In this document: one piece after another, positions 1 through 12,881 of the stretch
How positions within the stretch are numbered: the stretch's first letter is position 1
Layout: each line of letters begins with the position of its first letter
Assembly: GCA_976226885.1 (NCBI GenBank)
Contig: OZ320313.1
Span: forward strand, 45,880,001 to 45,944,000
Origin: Iphione sp. A-MEVVRFRX5
Lineage: Eukaryota
Direction of reading: 5' to 3'
DNA: 64,000 nt
The notes under the pieces: generated by a model
Told to the model about the DNA's origin: nothing
Databases searched by the model: none
What the model saw: the letters and a program-made list of their open reading frames with translations, nothing else
Made by a program: the position numbers and the translations under genes

Positions 1-528
1 TGTGCTAACAGTAATGTACCATTATATTATGGTCAATATCTTAGACTGTACCCACCAAAGTGTACATTCTACAGGGCACCCAAAAGATAGGTTACATATG
101 CCTTCAATGAACGCTGATGTTTCTGATATTAAACGTGTCGTTTTTCACTAGTTTGAACATAGACCAGTGTTCACTTTGCTAAAAGTCCATTAGATTTTAA
201 AATGAAATGTTTTACATATGTGTACCTTTACCAAAAATACTGTATTGCCATAAGATTAAGGTACATACACTCTCTTAGGTTGCAGGCTAAGGAGAAAAAA
301 TACTGGTCACAATTCAAATTCTTGTAGTCGTGGACGCTTCTTTCAAACAAACGGCCAATGTATCTTTTGAATCGGTTGTTTTCATACATTCTGTCATATA
401 TCCCCCAATGATACTGTGGGCTATAACAAGTCTCTTGTTATATATTGTTACGTGTATATTATAATACCGTATGTGTAAGTGTGGGCTGTGATGCTTGAGC
501 AAGTTATTGACCGAGAGTGATCTTGCAG

Positions 529-849
529 CTTGCGCCAACCTGTCGGCTGATACCTGACTCCGACTTCGCCCCCTCCCTTTACCCCTTGCTGTGTCACGCC
601 AATCGAGAGATAACGTCCGATGCGCCCCGGCTTTTCATCGAGCCCCTACGGCCCACCGTCTCTGGCGCCAAGAACACGACCTTCCGAGCTTCTAATTGCA
701 GGATTCGGTTACTGGGCGCGGCCAACGTGGCCCTGCAGCAGTACCCCGGCCTTCCATCATTACAGGAAATCAGGGCTTTTGCGGGAACAAGGCAAACCAA
801 AGGGAAATGCCAGGAACGCCCCAGTGGCATTTTCCTCGACTTGGCTTAG
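529..849 (+). CDS. Candidate terminal coding exon of an unidentified gene (upstream exons outside the window)
   Basis: GC-rich open frame with many C/G-ending codons in AT-rich flanks. Possible acceptor cttgcag at 522-528, stop TAG at 847-849, AATAAA at 892-897. No recognisable domain, and the minus strand also has splice-like signals, so the strand is uncertain. Confidence 0.3.
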   Translation, partial: LAPTCRLIPDSDFAPSLYPLLCHANREITSDAPRLFIEPLRPTVSGAKNTTFRASNCRIRLLGAANVALQQYPGLPSLQEIRAFAGTRQTKGKCQERPSGIFLDLA

Positions 850-3800
850 CCACTTTTAAATGGCATCGCTTGTTATATCAGTATTACAGATAATAAAAAT
901 TGATTAAAGTGCCACCAAGCCAGACTGAGGACAAGGAGACAATTGCAGAGTGCTAAGTATGTGTAAACAAAACGAGTAATGAATTTGATATCTCAATAAA
1001 TACTTATACCGTAATCGTTACTGTTTTATTGTTGTATTTGCTGCAAGGTCATGAGATCCAGATAGAAAAATCGAATATTGAAGTCACGAACATTTATGAA
1101 ATGTACTATATTCAGGTGCATAGGTGGCGAGTTAAAAAATCGCGCAGAAAAGAAAGCTACAATAATTGAGTTGAGTCTGTGTCAAGACTAACTCAGGTAT
1201 GTTAGGGCCAGCTAGAGGTAGGCTAGTTAAACTTGGGGCGGTTGCACATATGGACATGGCTAGGGCGATAAGGCAGGCAATGGGACCTCTAAGCGCGTTA
1301 TGCATATCATATTTCCTTCAGACCCCTAACCCTAAAAGGCCAAAGTAGGAAACAAGGTCTAGGGGTCGATGGACAATTTGACTACGGTTGACAAATTTAA
1401 ACACCTAAGCCACCCCCCCTCCCCAACCGACCTCTGTACAGATGTGTGGCACTCACCTTAAATATGTGTTTATTTGATGAACTGGACATCGCAAAAGAAG
1501 AAAGTATTTTTGCTGATTTTAGAATATAAATCTGTGGATAATTATTATTGCACAATAGTCTTTCTCCTACAGACTTGCACTAAAAGCCCTGCAGACCTTT
1601 AGCTTCGAACTGTAGAATACACGTATGTGTTGTGTTCTGCATCTGTTTTCCTGTGTTCTAGTGGTTCCTACTTTCCCTAGCAGCCTAGAATACTGTCCTG
1701 TATGTGCTTAAATACGCCGCACGTAGTTTTTCTAAATATACTCGACACGTATCTAGGATGACCGCGCTTTTACTTTTACATAAAGTTGCATGACGACGGC
1801 GACACTCAGCAAGTTAGGTACATGAGCGACGGATTTTGCACAGAAACCTAAACGAACGATATGTCAATGGCGTCAGGTGATAGTTATCAACCTGAGAACA
1901 TGTGTCCCTATATGAATTTGCCCCCAGGGCCATTCATTGTGGGCGTGCCGAGGTAAAGCTTTCTTGCCGATGAGTTGTATACATCAGTAGGGATGTACAT
2001 TCTGTTATGACATCAGGGTCATGATCTCGTTGGTAGAATTACGGAACAGTTTTGAATACAATCTAAGGTAGCCTGTATACAATATACATATACAACCAAG
2101 TTCATGTGAAGAACTGTGAGGTATTTTCTACACTATGGAGCTTGTAAGAGGTATGCCTAAACAGATGTTTAATGTGCCTCTCCAACGAAACTATGGTGAG
2201 AATGATAAAAGGTGCTGTTGCCCGTGGGCAACCTAAACGGCGCCATGACGGGCAGGACGGGTTCTGGTCGTCGGCAAAGTGGTGTGGTTTGACTCCGGTT
2301 ATCGCCCATCGCTTTCTGTCCAGCAGCGTCTTACTCGCTTGGACTCGGCTCCACAGACGAAAGCTCCCCTCTAGACGTCAGGCGATAACATTTGTTTCCC
2401 TTGTAAAGAGTGCTTTTGAAAGCAAAAGCCCCGAGGGGATGAACTAAAATGCTACCATTGGTGACTCGATTTCGCCGTGCAGACTGTTGAAGATTATTGT
2501 CATTACGTGGCGTTCTGACGTCTTTTTTGAGGGGCAGCTGTTGGTACTCGCGTGGCTCGGCAGATGAAGTGATGCCGAGTTTTCAGAACATGATTGATGA
2601 TTGACGTCTACAGCTCCTTGGGCTCCATGTGAGGGTTTAAATGGCGTCGAGTGCGGTCGGGGAGAAGAATTGTGCGTTATGAGGACTACTCCCGACTAGA
2701 CGTTTCACAATCAGGGACATGACGGTTTACACTCGCAGCTTCCTGTCTGCATACACATACAGGTTTGCTGTAAAGTAGACCTCGACTAACGAAGTGGACG
2801 ACTTCTATGATGTTACTTCGTTGTGAGAAACTTCGTTCCCAGAGGTACAGTGGATTGTCCATGAGAATCAATCTACACCTTTGCATATTATAGTGGTAAA
2901 AAGAGGTTGGCCAATTTCGTTATAAAGAAGCTTTATATTGCCAGAGAGGTACGCCTGTAGAAGGACATTGCTGCAGATATTCTGTTTGCCTATGCCTACA
3001 GAACGTTAAATTTTAAAATGTAATGGCCATGAAAAGACGGAAGCATAACGGGGGGGGGGCGGGAGGGCTCGTCAACGGTGGAGCTATATTATCTTACTCG
3101 AGGATAGGCTGACCAACTAATCACTTTCCATATAAATTAGTTGAAATTCGGAACGATTCGTTTTGAGCTAGTTTCGCAGCTTTTTATACACGAGACCCCC
3201 GTAATGATGATGTGATACACCTGGGAACAGAGTGCTGTTTTAAGGGGCAGTGGTTCCACACCTGTCCTGCAGTTTTCCCATGGGTGAACGTTTCCCCTGT
3301 CCGTGCCGGTACATATATATGAGCATGTAGGCTACTCAACGTCACTCACACCTTGTAGGGTGCAGTTAATGAACATACGTATGAACATACAAGCATGAGA
3401 TACATTGGAACGTACTGTATTTTGATGGATACACATTCAAATTAGTAACGTTGTCCATGATATTTCTTTATACGTTTTACCTCTAACAGTAAGTACGTAC
3501 ATGTACATATTTTTTTCAGTAAGACAATGTCCATATATACGTACACATTTTGACTCATTTTCCATGAATTCTCAACTTATCGATATCATCCGGACAGACA
3601 CAATCATCACTGTTGTCTCCCCTTGCTTGCGATTTTTTTAGATGCATATACATGTAAATGTGGACGGAAGTAGACATGGATGGATTTTACTGTATGCCTG
3701 CCAACGGTATAATTATGAGCCTGCATACATAGGGACAAATGCATTCAGACTGTCTCTTAAAATTTTACAAGGCCAATGTGTTCATTTAGTAAAGTGTTGA

Positions 3801-5466
3801 TTCATACAGACATATATGTAAACTTGAACAATAAATGCGAAGACAGATACGGACAATTCTTGCAGTTATCATTTTCATGTCTCACAGTAAAATAAGATAG
3901 CAGTCGATTCCCTCTATTGAAAATGACGTGGAGTTTCTAGTTCAACATGAACATGCTATTTTGCGAAAACAAGTATAATTTCTCCCAACGATTCTTTGTA
4001 TACAGTTCATGTGGCATTTTCTTAAGCATAATGAAAGGAAACCATTTACACAGCTATCAGCAACCCGGTGCATTCTTCAGTAGGATGACACCCTGTATTA
4101 GTGTTATAAGATAATCTTCCATTGCCCAGAGTAGGTAATTTTGTCAAATGATCGGAATTTCGAAATGACTACAATACACTTATACTGTATACGCCACACT
4201 GCCTTCAGTTGGTAGACGGAGCTGTTGTACTTGAATTATCGTCAACTTAGCCCTCTCATACTAAATGGAGCGTCTTTTTCTGTATGTTCAGTTCTCCAGG
4301 ACCAGGCATTCCAGGCATCACACCCAGTTCTGTTGTTTTAATGAATAATCTGCTGCTTGGTCGGTAAATATGGACGTTGTGTTCGTTGCTCAAGAGACAA
4401 CCCTACTTCAAGGTCGCCCACCAGTGGTGACACCTAAAGAGTAAACCTTCAAGACCAGACCTTGCTGTCAGATCAACTCTCAAAAATGCTAAATCACGTG
4501 CCTTCTATGTTTTCCCTCAATGAGACAACGATTATGCTCAGTCCGTTGGGATTTTTCATCCTCACTCCGTGCCAATTCAAGCAAATATATGTACATGGAT
4601 AGGACCTGATCTGTATTTATGTAAGTTCTATAAGTGTCTATGGAGGAACCACCTGAAGGATATCATTGGACTTTGATAGGGTATTAATTTTTAGTAGACT
4701 ATGGAGGTTATTTATCCTTTGAAATTTACTGGAATAACATTGTCATTTTCTCATTTCTTAATATGAACCACACTTTCATCAGATTGTATATGTAGATCTG
4801 CGGTAACCCTCACTGCGAAAAACTATTTACTTATTAGGCCAAAATGTCCGAATGAGTGAAATAAAAGAAAACAAAGGATAAACAGTGAAATTGGTGTGAT
4901 GTTTATAGATTCATTCATTTTAATTCTAAACAGTGATTTCCTGCAAGTGACATCTATCACCCACTGAATGAAAAGGATACCGGCGTCTTTTAATAGCATG
5001 CACATGTTGCACAGTTAGTATACAGTTATATATACATGCGTGGACATAGGTCTATAAATATATGATAATCACAGTACAGCCACTGATGCAATGTCTGTAT
5101 TAACTCAATAGGATACTGATATACCGGCCAGCCAGCAAACGTTGGAGATCTCATCATCCTGATTTTCTGGTCCCCTTTTGTATAGATAGTCGGATACACT
5201 GCCGGGCAAACTTACCACACACCCTCATTAATTAGACTTTTTTTCTCTTGCTTTGAGACCTCGTGACATACACGCACAAATTAATTTTAGCACAAAACTT
5301 TCAAATAAATATATGTTATTAACGGATGTAAATGCACGTATTCTGAAGATGTGTTTTTTTCTCGTTCGGATTAAAAACCAATTCTTGTCGTCGGTGAATG
5401 TGCCCTTGCAGTGGCATCACATCTGAGGACCGTTAAATAAACCCATCCGAGCCGACACGCGTATAG

Positions 5467-5530
5467 ACGCACGCACGCACATTCAGACACATGCACATAC
5501 ACGCACTCACACACGTACACACACACACAC
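5467..5530. repeat. Degenerate (CA)n/(CGCA)n microsatellite
   Basis: Directly visible acgcacgcac...acacacacac tract. Confidence 0.85.
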
Positions 5531-7003
5531 CAGCTCCTACCATACACGCCATGCGGCCCACTGCACCGGCGTCGGGAAGGCTAGCATCTCGTCAGAGCTT
5601 AACTCCTTAGCCGATTGTGCACGTTTCAATTGCTGCTCGCCACACGTATCAAGGGGTTAGCGGCAGAAGGTCAAGGAAAGGAAGCGACGAAATGGTTGCA
5701 GCAAATTTGCCGGTCGTGGGCCGCTGCTGGCGCAGTCGGCTTGTCGTTAAGTGGACGTGACACGCAGGGCCAACCTGGGTCAGACGTCGTGTAGTGCCTG
5801 GTGCCAAATCTGGTTCTGACGTCCCTGAACTACCCACGGAGAGAAAGCAAGACATGAAACTCTCTCAAACGTCGACTTTCTACCGGAAAGCACCCCAAAT
5901 CATGTTTCCCATTTTATAGATGTGAACTATTTGCCTATCATATACAATCTATGCCTTTTATGTGTATCAGATTCCGTTGTGTGCAGCCTAGGGTGGTAGA
6001 CATGTATATGGTCAGTAATCGGAACGTACGTTAGAAAGGCAAGCCCTCCGTTCTGACTCCGACTCTGCCCATTCCTCCTACATCCATGCTACCAGTCATA
6101 CTTAGGTTAGAGTTCCATGTATGCATGTTTTTAGGGGCATGTTGGCATGTTACTGGCATGTTTTGGGGGGAATACATGAATATACAAAAGTGCTTCTATG
6201 AAAGCATGGGCTGTGAAACATGTACTGTAAAACCTCATCAACTGGAGACTCCACAAACGGATTACCACATTAACCGTATGCAGAAAGAGGGACCAAGATA
6301 TTTTCACTATAACTTGTACTATTTAACCGACATTGTTACCTGTAACCGGAGTGCATTTGTCAACTTTTAGAGACAATTAAAAGTCCGACTTTCCATGCAT
6401 ACAGAAATTAGCTGCAGAGATCAGACTGTGTGGTGTGGAAAAGAATCATTCTATAACTTTGAACAGGATTGTTCTCATGTGTGCGTGGTGTGTGATGCGT
6501 CGTGCGCAGAGGTCTTTAGGCCAAAAAACAGACCTGGGCCGTAAATTTGCACATTTTCCACATTACAGATACAGTAATAACATCAAAGTGACAGTAGTCT
6601 CAGCCGTACAGTAAAGGAACACTGTCTACCATATGTTAGATCATGTAAAATGCTATAAAATTTGCATATAATTTGAATTTATTCATTTCACCTTTTCCCC
6701 ACCAATTTACGTGTTTTTTACATCCATGACTATCCTAAAATCTCCACTTCGCGCAATTTAATCATTCAACTGTAATGAATGCAGGGAACATGTAACTCCG
6801 ACGGCCAGCGGATGTGAAGGTCTAATTTCAGGAAACGATACGACAAGTTGAGGTGCTGACGAGATCGGGATACTGCTCGCCGCTTCTGTGCCTGTCTGTG
6901 CCTGAAATTGCCCCCATCTGGTTTGGTAATGGCTGCCGTGCATGTCAAGATTTATTATTCAGTATTTTGATGTTGTTTTTTCTCAACCTTCAATCTAAAG
7001 GGT

Positions 7004-7347
7004 GGGGAGTTAGCTCAGTGGTAGAGCACTGGTCCACTGACTGAGAGGTCACAGGTTCAATCCCGGGCCTGGGACTCCTGATCACGACCAGACAGATTTA
7101 CTGTAGCCCCAACCCAGAGTGGTCCACAACTCGTGAAGAGGCTGTGGGTGTATAGGATTCTGTCCCCTATGCACAAAAAGACCCCAGAAACCTGTTCGAA
7201 ATAAGAGTAGGGGGCAACCCCGAGTATTCTGGTCTCTCAATTCTCAACAATAGATGGTAGTATGCTACCCCAGGAGGATATGGAAGATCCCTGTCGTATG
7301 ATAGGTGAATATATTCCTGGTAAAAGATACAATGAAATGAAAAAAAA
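7004..7347 (+). mobile_element. tRNA-derived SINE, possibly with a Meta-domain-like central core
   Basis: Pol III box A TAGCTCAGTGG (7011-7021) and box B GGTTCAATCCC (7054-7064). The anticodon arm does not pair, so it is not a tRNA gene. About 270 bp of body ends in an A-rich tail. The body segment gtggtccacaac...aaaaagacccc...aagagtagg resembles my recollection of MetaSINE cores (unverified). Confidence 0.8.
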
Positions 7348-8697
7348 CCAACCTTGACTTGAGTTTTTTTTCAGTTTACATACGGTTACTTAAGGATATA
7401 CATGTATATATATAAACATGTAATATGCAATGGGTACTTTTATATGTTTGTACATTCATTCTGTGGCTATGCCATGCAAACACGAATTTTTCAACTTTAC
7501 AGGCATTCAGTCAAGTATTGTGCATGATACTGTGTGAGCATTAACTATAAATATTAGCAGAAAGTGGAATTAATGTTCATATAATATTATACTAAAGACG
7601 TTTTTATATGCTTCCAATTAATTTCTTATGATTTAACAGATTTTGGAAATTTTATGCGTCTCTTATGTCGCACACAAAATGTATTCTCTAAAGGGTTTCA
7701 GATTCCAATCAGTAAGTCATTGTTTTGTCAGTGGTGCAGATACAACGTGGTATTAGGTTGTACGGTAATGTGTGAAATCCAAAGGAAAATGGTCAAACTA
7801 TTTACGGGTAAGTAGTATCCATTTGCAGGCATAGAAAAACAGAATACTCTGACAGTATACCAAACAAATGTGTCGAGCCTGGTCAGTGTGATACAAAATT
7901 ATTGAACTTATTCGTTCTTTGTCTCACTTACCACGTCCAAACAACATTTTGCCTCAGATTTCAGTCCATTTCGCTTGATTTTAACTTTTTTTGTTATCTA
8001 CGCGGAGAGACCAAGACTGAGATTCTCATTTCACAAGTGCAATTCCTGAGGTACCCATGGGGCCCTCATGTGTCCTTCCATACGTCTATTTTGTGGCCCA
8101 CACTAGCCAATACAGAATCAGGTCTACAGGACTGTCCACTGTGCATAAATGTACCTCCAATACGTTCCAAAACTTGTTTTAACGCCACATACTTAAAATG
8201 CTGCAAACAAAGCTTTTCCACGAATTAGTCATGCCTCACTAGGTTATTAACATAACTAGTGACTCATTTGCTTTGTGTCAATCCTGACATTATTTATTTA
8301 ACTCATGTATTGATTGTATAGACTGTTTCTATTGTTTATTGACAATTTAACTCTGAAATCATAGCCATTTATGTGTTTATTAAAGTAAACATATTAATGA
8401 CTCTATCTGTATACTCTGTTGAATTTCTACACCTCCGCATATCAATTCTCAATCCGTGTCACCACACGGTCCCTTAGAACTAAACTGATGAAGCAAAACT
8501 ACACTTATTCTTATTTCTATTTTCACTTATGTCAAACTCACACTCAATCTATTTTAATAAATTATTTTTTTCTACTACAATGAACCCTATGACACCATAT
8601 TGTTTACTTTGTTTACTTTTTTTCTAAAATCTGTTACTCACTTATATTTCTTTGTTATATTTGTACTGTCCATATCCGTACCAACTGCCAATAATTA

Positions 8698-11600
8698 TTG
8701 TGTGGCATTTTGTTTTGCAAAATATGTCAATTATCTTCTAAAGAATGCAATTTGTATTGTTTGTGCAATATGGTAGCTGCCAATATACCTAAACAGAAAG
8801 GCTTAATTGTAGGTCAGCAGAATGTCTGTAGCCTCTTTGCAAAGAAGAGCCATGTTGAATTATTACTTGTTAATAACAATATTGACATTCTATCACTTCA
8901 AGAAACTTGGCTGTCATCTAGGATTTCTGACGGATTGTTAAATATACCAGGTGATGATTTCCTTAGACTTGATAGGAACAAATCTATGGTAACCACTGCA
9001 AATGTCAAGGACAGAGGGGGAGGTTTAGTCTTATACTATCGCTCTTCTTTTTCTTCCACCTTCAGTTATCGCAATCTGAATCTAATGAACCCTGATATTG
9101 AACTATTATGTGTTGAACTGACTCCTGGTAAAATGAAAATGATGCTTTTGCTATGTATTTATCGTCCGCCATCTGGTTCCATTTTGAACTTCCTTGCAAT
9201 GTTGGAATCTACATTGATTCAACTGAACTCTAGATGACAAATATTCCTTTTAGGTGATATTAATCTAAATTTTTAGAAAAATCAAATACTTACGTAAGAA
9301 GGTTTGTGGATTTGACAGTTCATACAAAATCAAACACTCGAGTGACTAAGAAAACTGCTATGCTGATTGACATTATTGCCTCTAACTGTAATCATATTGT
9401 AAGCTCTGGTGTCTGTGTCACTGCCCTGTCAGATCACTACTTAACATTTGTATGCAAAAAATTCAGTAGGAATAATATAAGTACTAAAAAGAAAGAATAC
9501 TACTACAGGAAAGTCAATGACGAAAATTTGGAAAAATGCATTGACCATCTAAAAAGTTCAAACTGGTATGAATTCTATCAAACCGAGGATATTGCTCAAG
9601 CTTGGTCCATCCTACACTCGCTTGCTCTTAATTCTCTGAACATTACTTGTCCTCTCACTAAAAAGAAGTTGCAGTTTCTAATCGTAATCACTGGATCAAT
9701 GCCACTATTTTGAAAGATATCTGCTTAAAAAATTATTTTCTTAAAAAAGCCAAAGAAAGAAAAGACGTTGATACTTCTAGAATAGCGAAATTTTTAACAT
9801 ATCAATTCGGAAAGAAGATACAATTTTATAAAAGGAAATTTTCCAGTGAATCTCTGTCTGAATACAATGTTAGTAGTCGACAGTATTGGAAAATTATAAA
9901 GGGAATCTTAGGAAATGATACAGAAGGCAACAACACAATTAACACCATTTCTGATGGCAAGAATGTTGACTCAACTCTTGTTGCTGATATATTTAACAGT
10001 TATTTTGTTAATGTGATCAGTACTCTGACCAAGAACATGGCTGATCCTGTATTAACCCCGTGTATAGCACCTAATGTCCCTGAGTTTAAGATACAAAATA
10101 TTACAACGGATGTAGTGCAAAGTGTGCTTGTGATGTTAAAAAATAGTAAATCATCTAATATTGATGGCATTTCCACCATTTTATTCAAGAGAATCTTTGG
10201 CAGATGTCAACATCAGTTGGTACATCTACTGAACTTGTCTATTACTAGTCATAAACTGCCATTATCCTGGAAATGTGCTAAGGTTATTCCCCTACATAAA
10301 TATGGAAACTCAAAACTGGTGGACAATTATAGGCCTATTTCACTCCTACCACTACCAGTAAAAATATTAGAGAAGGCTATTTTCGATCAGCTTTATAACT
10401 TTTTAGAAAATGAAAAACTTCTGTGTGATGAGCAATTTGGTTTTTGCAAACACAGGGGTACTAAAGAAGTGATATTTTCTGTTCTTTGTAACCTATATCA
10501 GTCCATGAATGAATAAAAGCATAGTATAATAATATTTGTTGATTTAAAAAAAGCGTTTGACAGTGTGTCCCATGATATTCTCCTTCATAAGCTTGAACAT
10601 CAATTTAGATTCTCAAAAAGTAGCATTTTATGGTTTGCTAACTACTTATCAGGAAGACAGCAATTCTGCTATGTAAACAAAATCAGCTCTGACAAATTGA
10701 ATATTGTAACTGGCGTACCCCAGGATCGACCTTAGGGCCCTTATTGTTTTCTATGTCCATTAATGACTTACCAACCGTACTAAATGAACAAGTGACCCTT
10801 TTTGCTGATGATGCTCTTATTTCAATTTCGGACACTGACACAAAACGATTACAAAAATGGGTACAAAATGCCTGTGATAAGCTATTTACATGGTGCAAAT
10901 TGAACAGGCTAATCTTAAATGTTAAAAAAACCAAAATTATGCCTATACTGTACAACAAAGAAACATTTGAAAACATGGCTTTTCATATAGATGGGCAAAA
11001 TGTTGACTTAGTAGACACATATAAATATCTAGGAATCTATTTTGACTCAAAACTGAAATTTAAGACTGAACTGGAATCTGTCCATACAAAAGTAACAAGG
11101 AAACTTTTCGTTCTGAACAAGGTTAAGTGGATGCTTCGTGAACAAGATGTTTTAACTCTCTTTAAAAGGTACATAATACCACACATTGATTACTCAACTG
11201 TGTTTCTCTCTTGTAATACAGCTAATGATCTCAAGAGAATTCAATGACTTCAAAATAGAGCACTTGCTATAGTTGACACATCGGAAGCTAAGAAAAATAC
11301 TATTTTATCAGCTACAGACTTGCATTTGAAATATGGCATTATGAGCACCTTCAGAAGAAGAGACTATTATGGTCTAACTATTGTACATAATATGGTCCTT
11401 CAAAATCTTATTAAAATTAAAGATCCGACAGTGGCAACCAGAAGCTCTGATGGTAGAATTATTGCTGTACCTACACCACGAACAACACAAGTAAAAAAAT
11501 CAATCCTGTATGAGATGATAGGCAAGTGGAACAACTTAGAAGCAGTGTAAAGAGATAATGATAACATCCATGAATTCAGACATTGTGCCAAATTTTTATC

Positions 11601-11783
11601 ATTATCAAATCACAATTATTGACTATTTACTTTAACTAAAGCTATTGGTACTTGTATATCGATGGAAGATTGTAAAATCACAATATGATGTACTGTATCT
11701 ATATTCCACAGTGTGAAAGCTGCCCTTGTAGGGGCAATACCTTGGAATAAAAATATTATTTATCTTATCTTATCTTTATCTTA
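8698..11783 (+). mobile_element. Decayed L2/CR1-clade LINE (ORF2: APE endonuclease plus reverse transcriptase), with several stops and frameshifts
   Basis: APE motifs QQNVCSL, DILSLQETWL, CIYRPPSG, LLGDIN, SDHYL. RT motifs WKCAKVIPLHK, NYRPISLLP, VDLKKAFDSVSH, GVPQ(G)STLGPLL (1-bp deletion near 10722), LFADD. The 3' end has stem-loop tgccc-ttgtag-gggca (about 11721-11736), AATAAA at 11746 and a (TATCT)n tail. The 5' boundary is not resolved. Confidence 0.93.
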
Positions 11784-12039
11784 TACATGGTTTCTCTACT
11801 AAGATCCGAATGGAAAACAGTAGAAAAACAGTCCAGAGATCAAGTAATCTAGAGATGTGTTTTGCTTCAAATAAACTATCCTCCGAGGAATAGTGCTAGG
11901 AATATGTTGCTGGGGAGTCGATCGGTCTGGGAATAAACTCAGAAAAGAAATGTCTTGCGATCAGTGCGTCCAGAAATGAACATCTTCAAACTAGAGGGCA
12001 ACAGAAGGTCAAGAGGTTATTTTGAAAGGGTATACAAAC

Positions 12040-12830
12040 TCGGCTACATTGTTGTAAACTCCTGGAACATAAAACACATGAACTAAAATTTACGATCCTC
12101 CAAGAAATTCCAAATTTTGGAAGCAATTGATCTACATAGCAAAGATTTAGCACCTACTATATGGTTCACATACGAAATAGCAGTCATATTGTCATAAAAC
12201 ACAAGAATAACAGTATTTGATACCGATTTGAAAAAAGAAAAACTCAATAAAGCAATGCAAATTGATTTAATTTCAAGAACATTAATACCTTCTTCTTCTG
12301 GGCACCAGCGGCCACTAGCAGAAACTCTTTAAAGGCGAGCCCCCCATCCCGACTCTGAAGCATCAGTGTACAGATGATATATTGGCTTCAAGGGACACAT
12401 ATGACAGGTTTGTGACCCACCAACTGAACTCCTGAAGCTTGGCAGGAGTAATAACCATTTTACCATGTGCACATGTGCACATGTTCAGAAAAATCATATC
12501 ATTCAAAACATCACATAGCAAAAATATTTCCTTCAGCCATGATGTACAAGACTTTCATACGGTCCAACAAATCTTGATTTTGATCATGGAAACCACAAAG
12601 AATGGGATTGTGCAATAACCGGAATTTGAGAGGACCCGATGGTTTTCTCACCAATATTGAACATGATAAGAAAGTCTTTTCTATCATGTCAGGCTGCCAG
12701 TGTATCACCAATTCAATGCATCCAGTACCGAACAGGAGATTTTTTAATAAAATCACTCTGCAGGTTGAACCATTCAACTCTGCAATGTACATCTACTCTC
12801 TGATTAAAGATGGCATCATATATATTCTTT
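12040..12830 (-). mobile_element. DIRS1-like tyrosine-recombinase retrotransposon remnant (RT fragment plus RNase H)
   Basis: Manual minus-strand translation across stops and frameshifts gives YTDASESGWGA, INVLE, DNMTAISYVNH..GAKS and IWNF...YVPGVYNNVA, the DIRS1-type RNase H signature. A weak RT N-terminus (ILVRKPSG) lies upstream. Confidence 0.82.
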
Positions 12831-12881
12831 AATCTCCTTTAGCTTACAAAAACTTCTTGTATGAGAAAATAATGTCATGTA

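Noticed and set aside
1190-1400. Helentron/HINE-like hairpin and ccctaaccctaa word
   Set aside because: Termini and internal structure are too degenerate to support a call.
7004-7076. Functional tRNA gene
   Set aside because: Boxes A and B are present but the anticodon and acceptor stems do not pair, and a SINE-like body and tail follow.
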